NCBI GenBank assembly: GCA_054600435.1
Contig: BAAIJX010000008.1
Span: forward strand, 620,001 to 684,000
Direction of reading: 5' to 3'
DNA: 64,000 nucleotides
DNA from: Neophaeotheca triangularis
Taxonomy: Eukaryota
Below, one piece after another: positions 62,640 through 64,000 of this stretch. The notes under the pieces are model-generated. The model had not been told where the DNA came from and searched no databases. It saw only the letters and a list, made by a program, of their open reading frames with translations. Numbering within the stretch: the first letter of the stretch is position 1; every line of letters starts with the position of its first letter. The position numbers were made by a program, and so were the translations under genes.

Positions 62640-63798
62640 ATGCAAAACATACTCCACACCGCACTCGACTCCCTCCGCGACCGTTTCGCCCCCCTCAACC
62701 ACACCTCCAACTTCCGAACAACGGGCCAACTGACCCCCGAAGAATTTCTCCTAGCCGGCGACTTTCTCGTCTACAAGTTCCCCTCCTGGTCCTGGGCCGA
62801 CGCCGCCACGCCTTCGAAACGCGTCGATTACTTCCCCCCGGGGAAACAATATTTGGTAACGCGCGGCGTGCCCTGCCACAAACGCATCAAGAACGATGAC
62901 TTTGCGGGCGCCGCGGATGGCGAGGACCAGCTTGTGCGAGATATGTTGGCGGGTGAGGCGGGCGGGGAGGATGAGGGGTGGTTGAAACCCGCTGGCAAGG
63001 GGGACAGGGGCGGTATGAGCAGTAGCGCGGAAATGAGGAGGGATGTTAGGACCGTGGATGAGGCGGGGAATGTTGGGGAGGAGGGCGAGGGGGAAGAGGA
63101 CGAGATACCGGACATGGAGGATGAGGATGATGGGGAGGCTATTATTCGTGATGTTGCGCCGAAGAAGGGGGAGGATGGGTGAGTGATGCTATCGTCCTTG
63201 GAAATTGCTGCTGAGTGAGTGCTTGCTAAATGCTTTCGACAGACTCCGCAGCTATACTCTCTACATCACCTACACACCGTACTACCGCACCCCCCGCCTT
63301 TACCTTTCCGGCTATGACGCAGCGACAAATAAACCCCTCCCACCTCTGAGCATGATGGAAGACATTGTCGGTGACTACAAAGACAAGACGGTCACGCTCG
63401 AAGACTTTCCCTTCAGCAACCCACCGATCAAAACCGCTTCCGTCCACCCTTGCAAACACGCCTCCGTCATGAAAGTCCTCCTCGACCGTGCCGACGCAGC
63501 CCTCAAGATCCGTCTAAACAAAGCCTCCAAGAACGGTGAGAAACCATCAACTCAAGGCTTAGAGGGACTCGTAGACCAAACCTCCAACCTCGACATCAAC
63601 AAAGCCGCCGCCTCTTCGCCTTCAAAGACCGGCAGCGACAATGGCAAAGGCGGCGACGCGGATTGGGAAGTCTTGGACTCGGACTCACAGCAGGAACAGG
63701 AAAGCGCTATCCGCGTCGATCAGTACCTTGTCGTTTTCCTGAAGTTCATGGCTTCGGTGACGCCGGGTATCGAGCATGACTTCACCATGAGCTTGTAA
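62640..63798 (+). CDS. ATG3: Autophagy E2-like enzyme Atg3
   Basis: Exons 62640-63178 and 63243-63798. [34 protein letters not shown], catalytic SVHPCKHA and [12 protein letters not shown]. Confidence 0.96.
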
Positions 63799-64000
63799 CC
63801 ACGCTCGGGCAAGAAGCTTTTGGGCCTGTCGCAGTGGGTTGACTTGATATCCGGGGTGGATTATCCTCGCGAAGTGGGCTGGATGGAGATTAGGAGGCTT
63901 TGGCAGGAGCCGTCATGACTGTTGGTATCGATTCCATAGGTATTTCTGGGTTGTTATGTGGGTTATGATGGGTATGGCGGTATGAATTATGAAAATGTGA

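Overview
Eukaryotic, gene-dense DNA from a filamentous ascomycete. Short GT-AG introns with CTRAC branch sites and the protein families point to Pezizomycotina; a Dothideomycete is plausible but is my inference only. About 22 protein genes can be assembled by hand. In order: SGF73 (5' part), TTI1, a CE12 SGNH esterase, a CLC chloride channel, NC2-alpha, a Gly/Ser-rich hydrophilin, a divergent aquaglyceroporin/glycerol kinase pair, a small LEA-like protein, a SUT1-type sugar transporter, NHX1, a peroxisomal 4CL-like acyl-CoA ligase, a CS-alpha/beta defensin-like peptide, SER3, a flavin reductase-like protein, CWC27, the STE3 pheromone receptor, an HSL-family esterase, a GT4 glycosyltransferase, VPS17, MEF2, a BAR-SH3 protein, a small secreted orphan and ATG3. 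There is also a DUF6604-like pseudogene and other gene relics. The most interesting signals not explained by the ORF track are: (1) a box C/D RNA at 27075-27208 preceded by a long, apparently folded non-coding region; (2) a tRNA-like Pol III-type element on the minus strand at about 55473-55682; (3) a spliced defensin whose signal peptide starts at TTG rather than ATG; (4) a run of osmolyte/ion-homeostasis genes across 5.5-26 kb; (5) three AAG 3' splice sites. No CRISPR array, rRNA, intact tRNA or intact transposon was seen. All family assignments come from motif recognition, not database searches.
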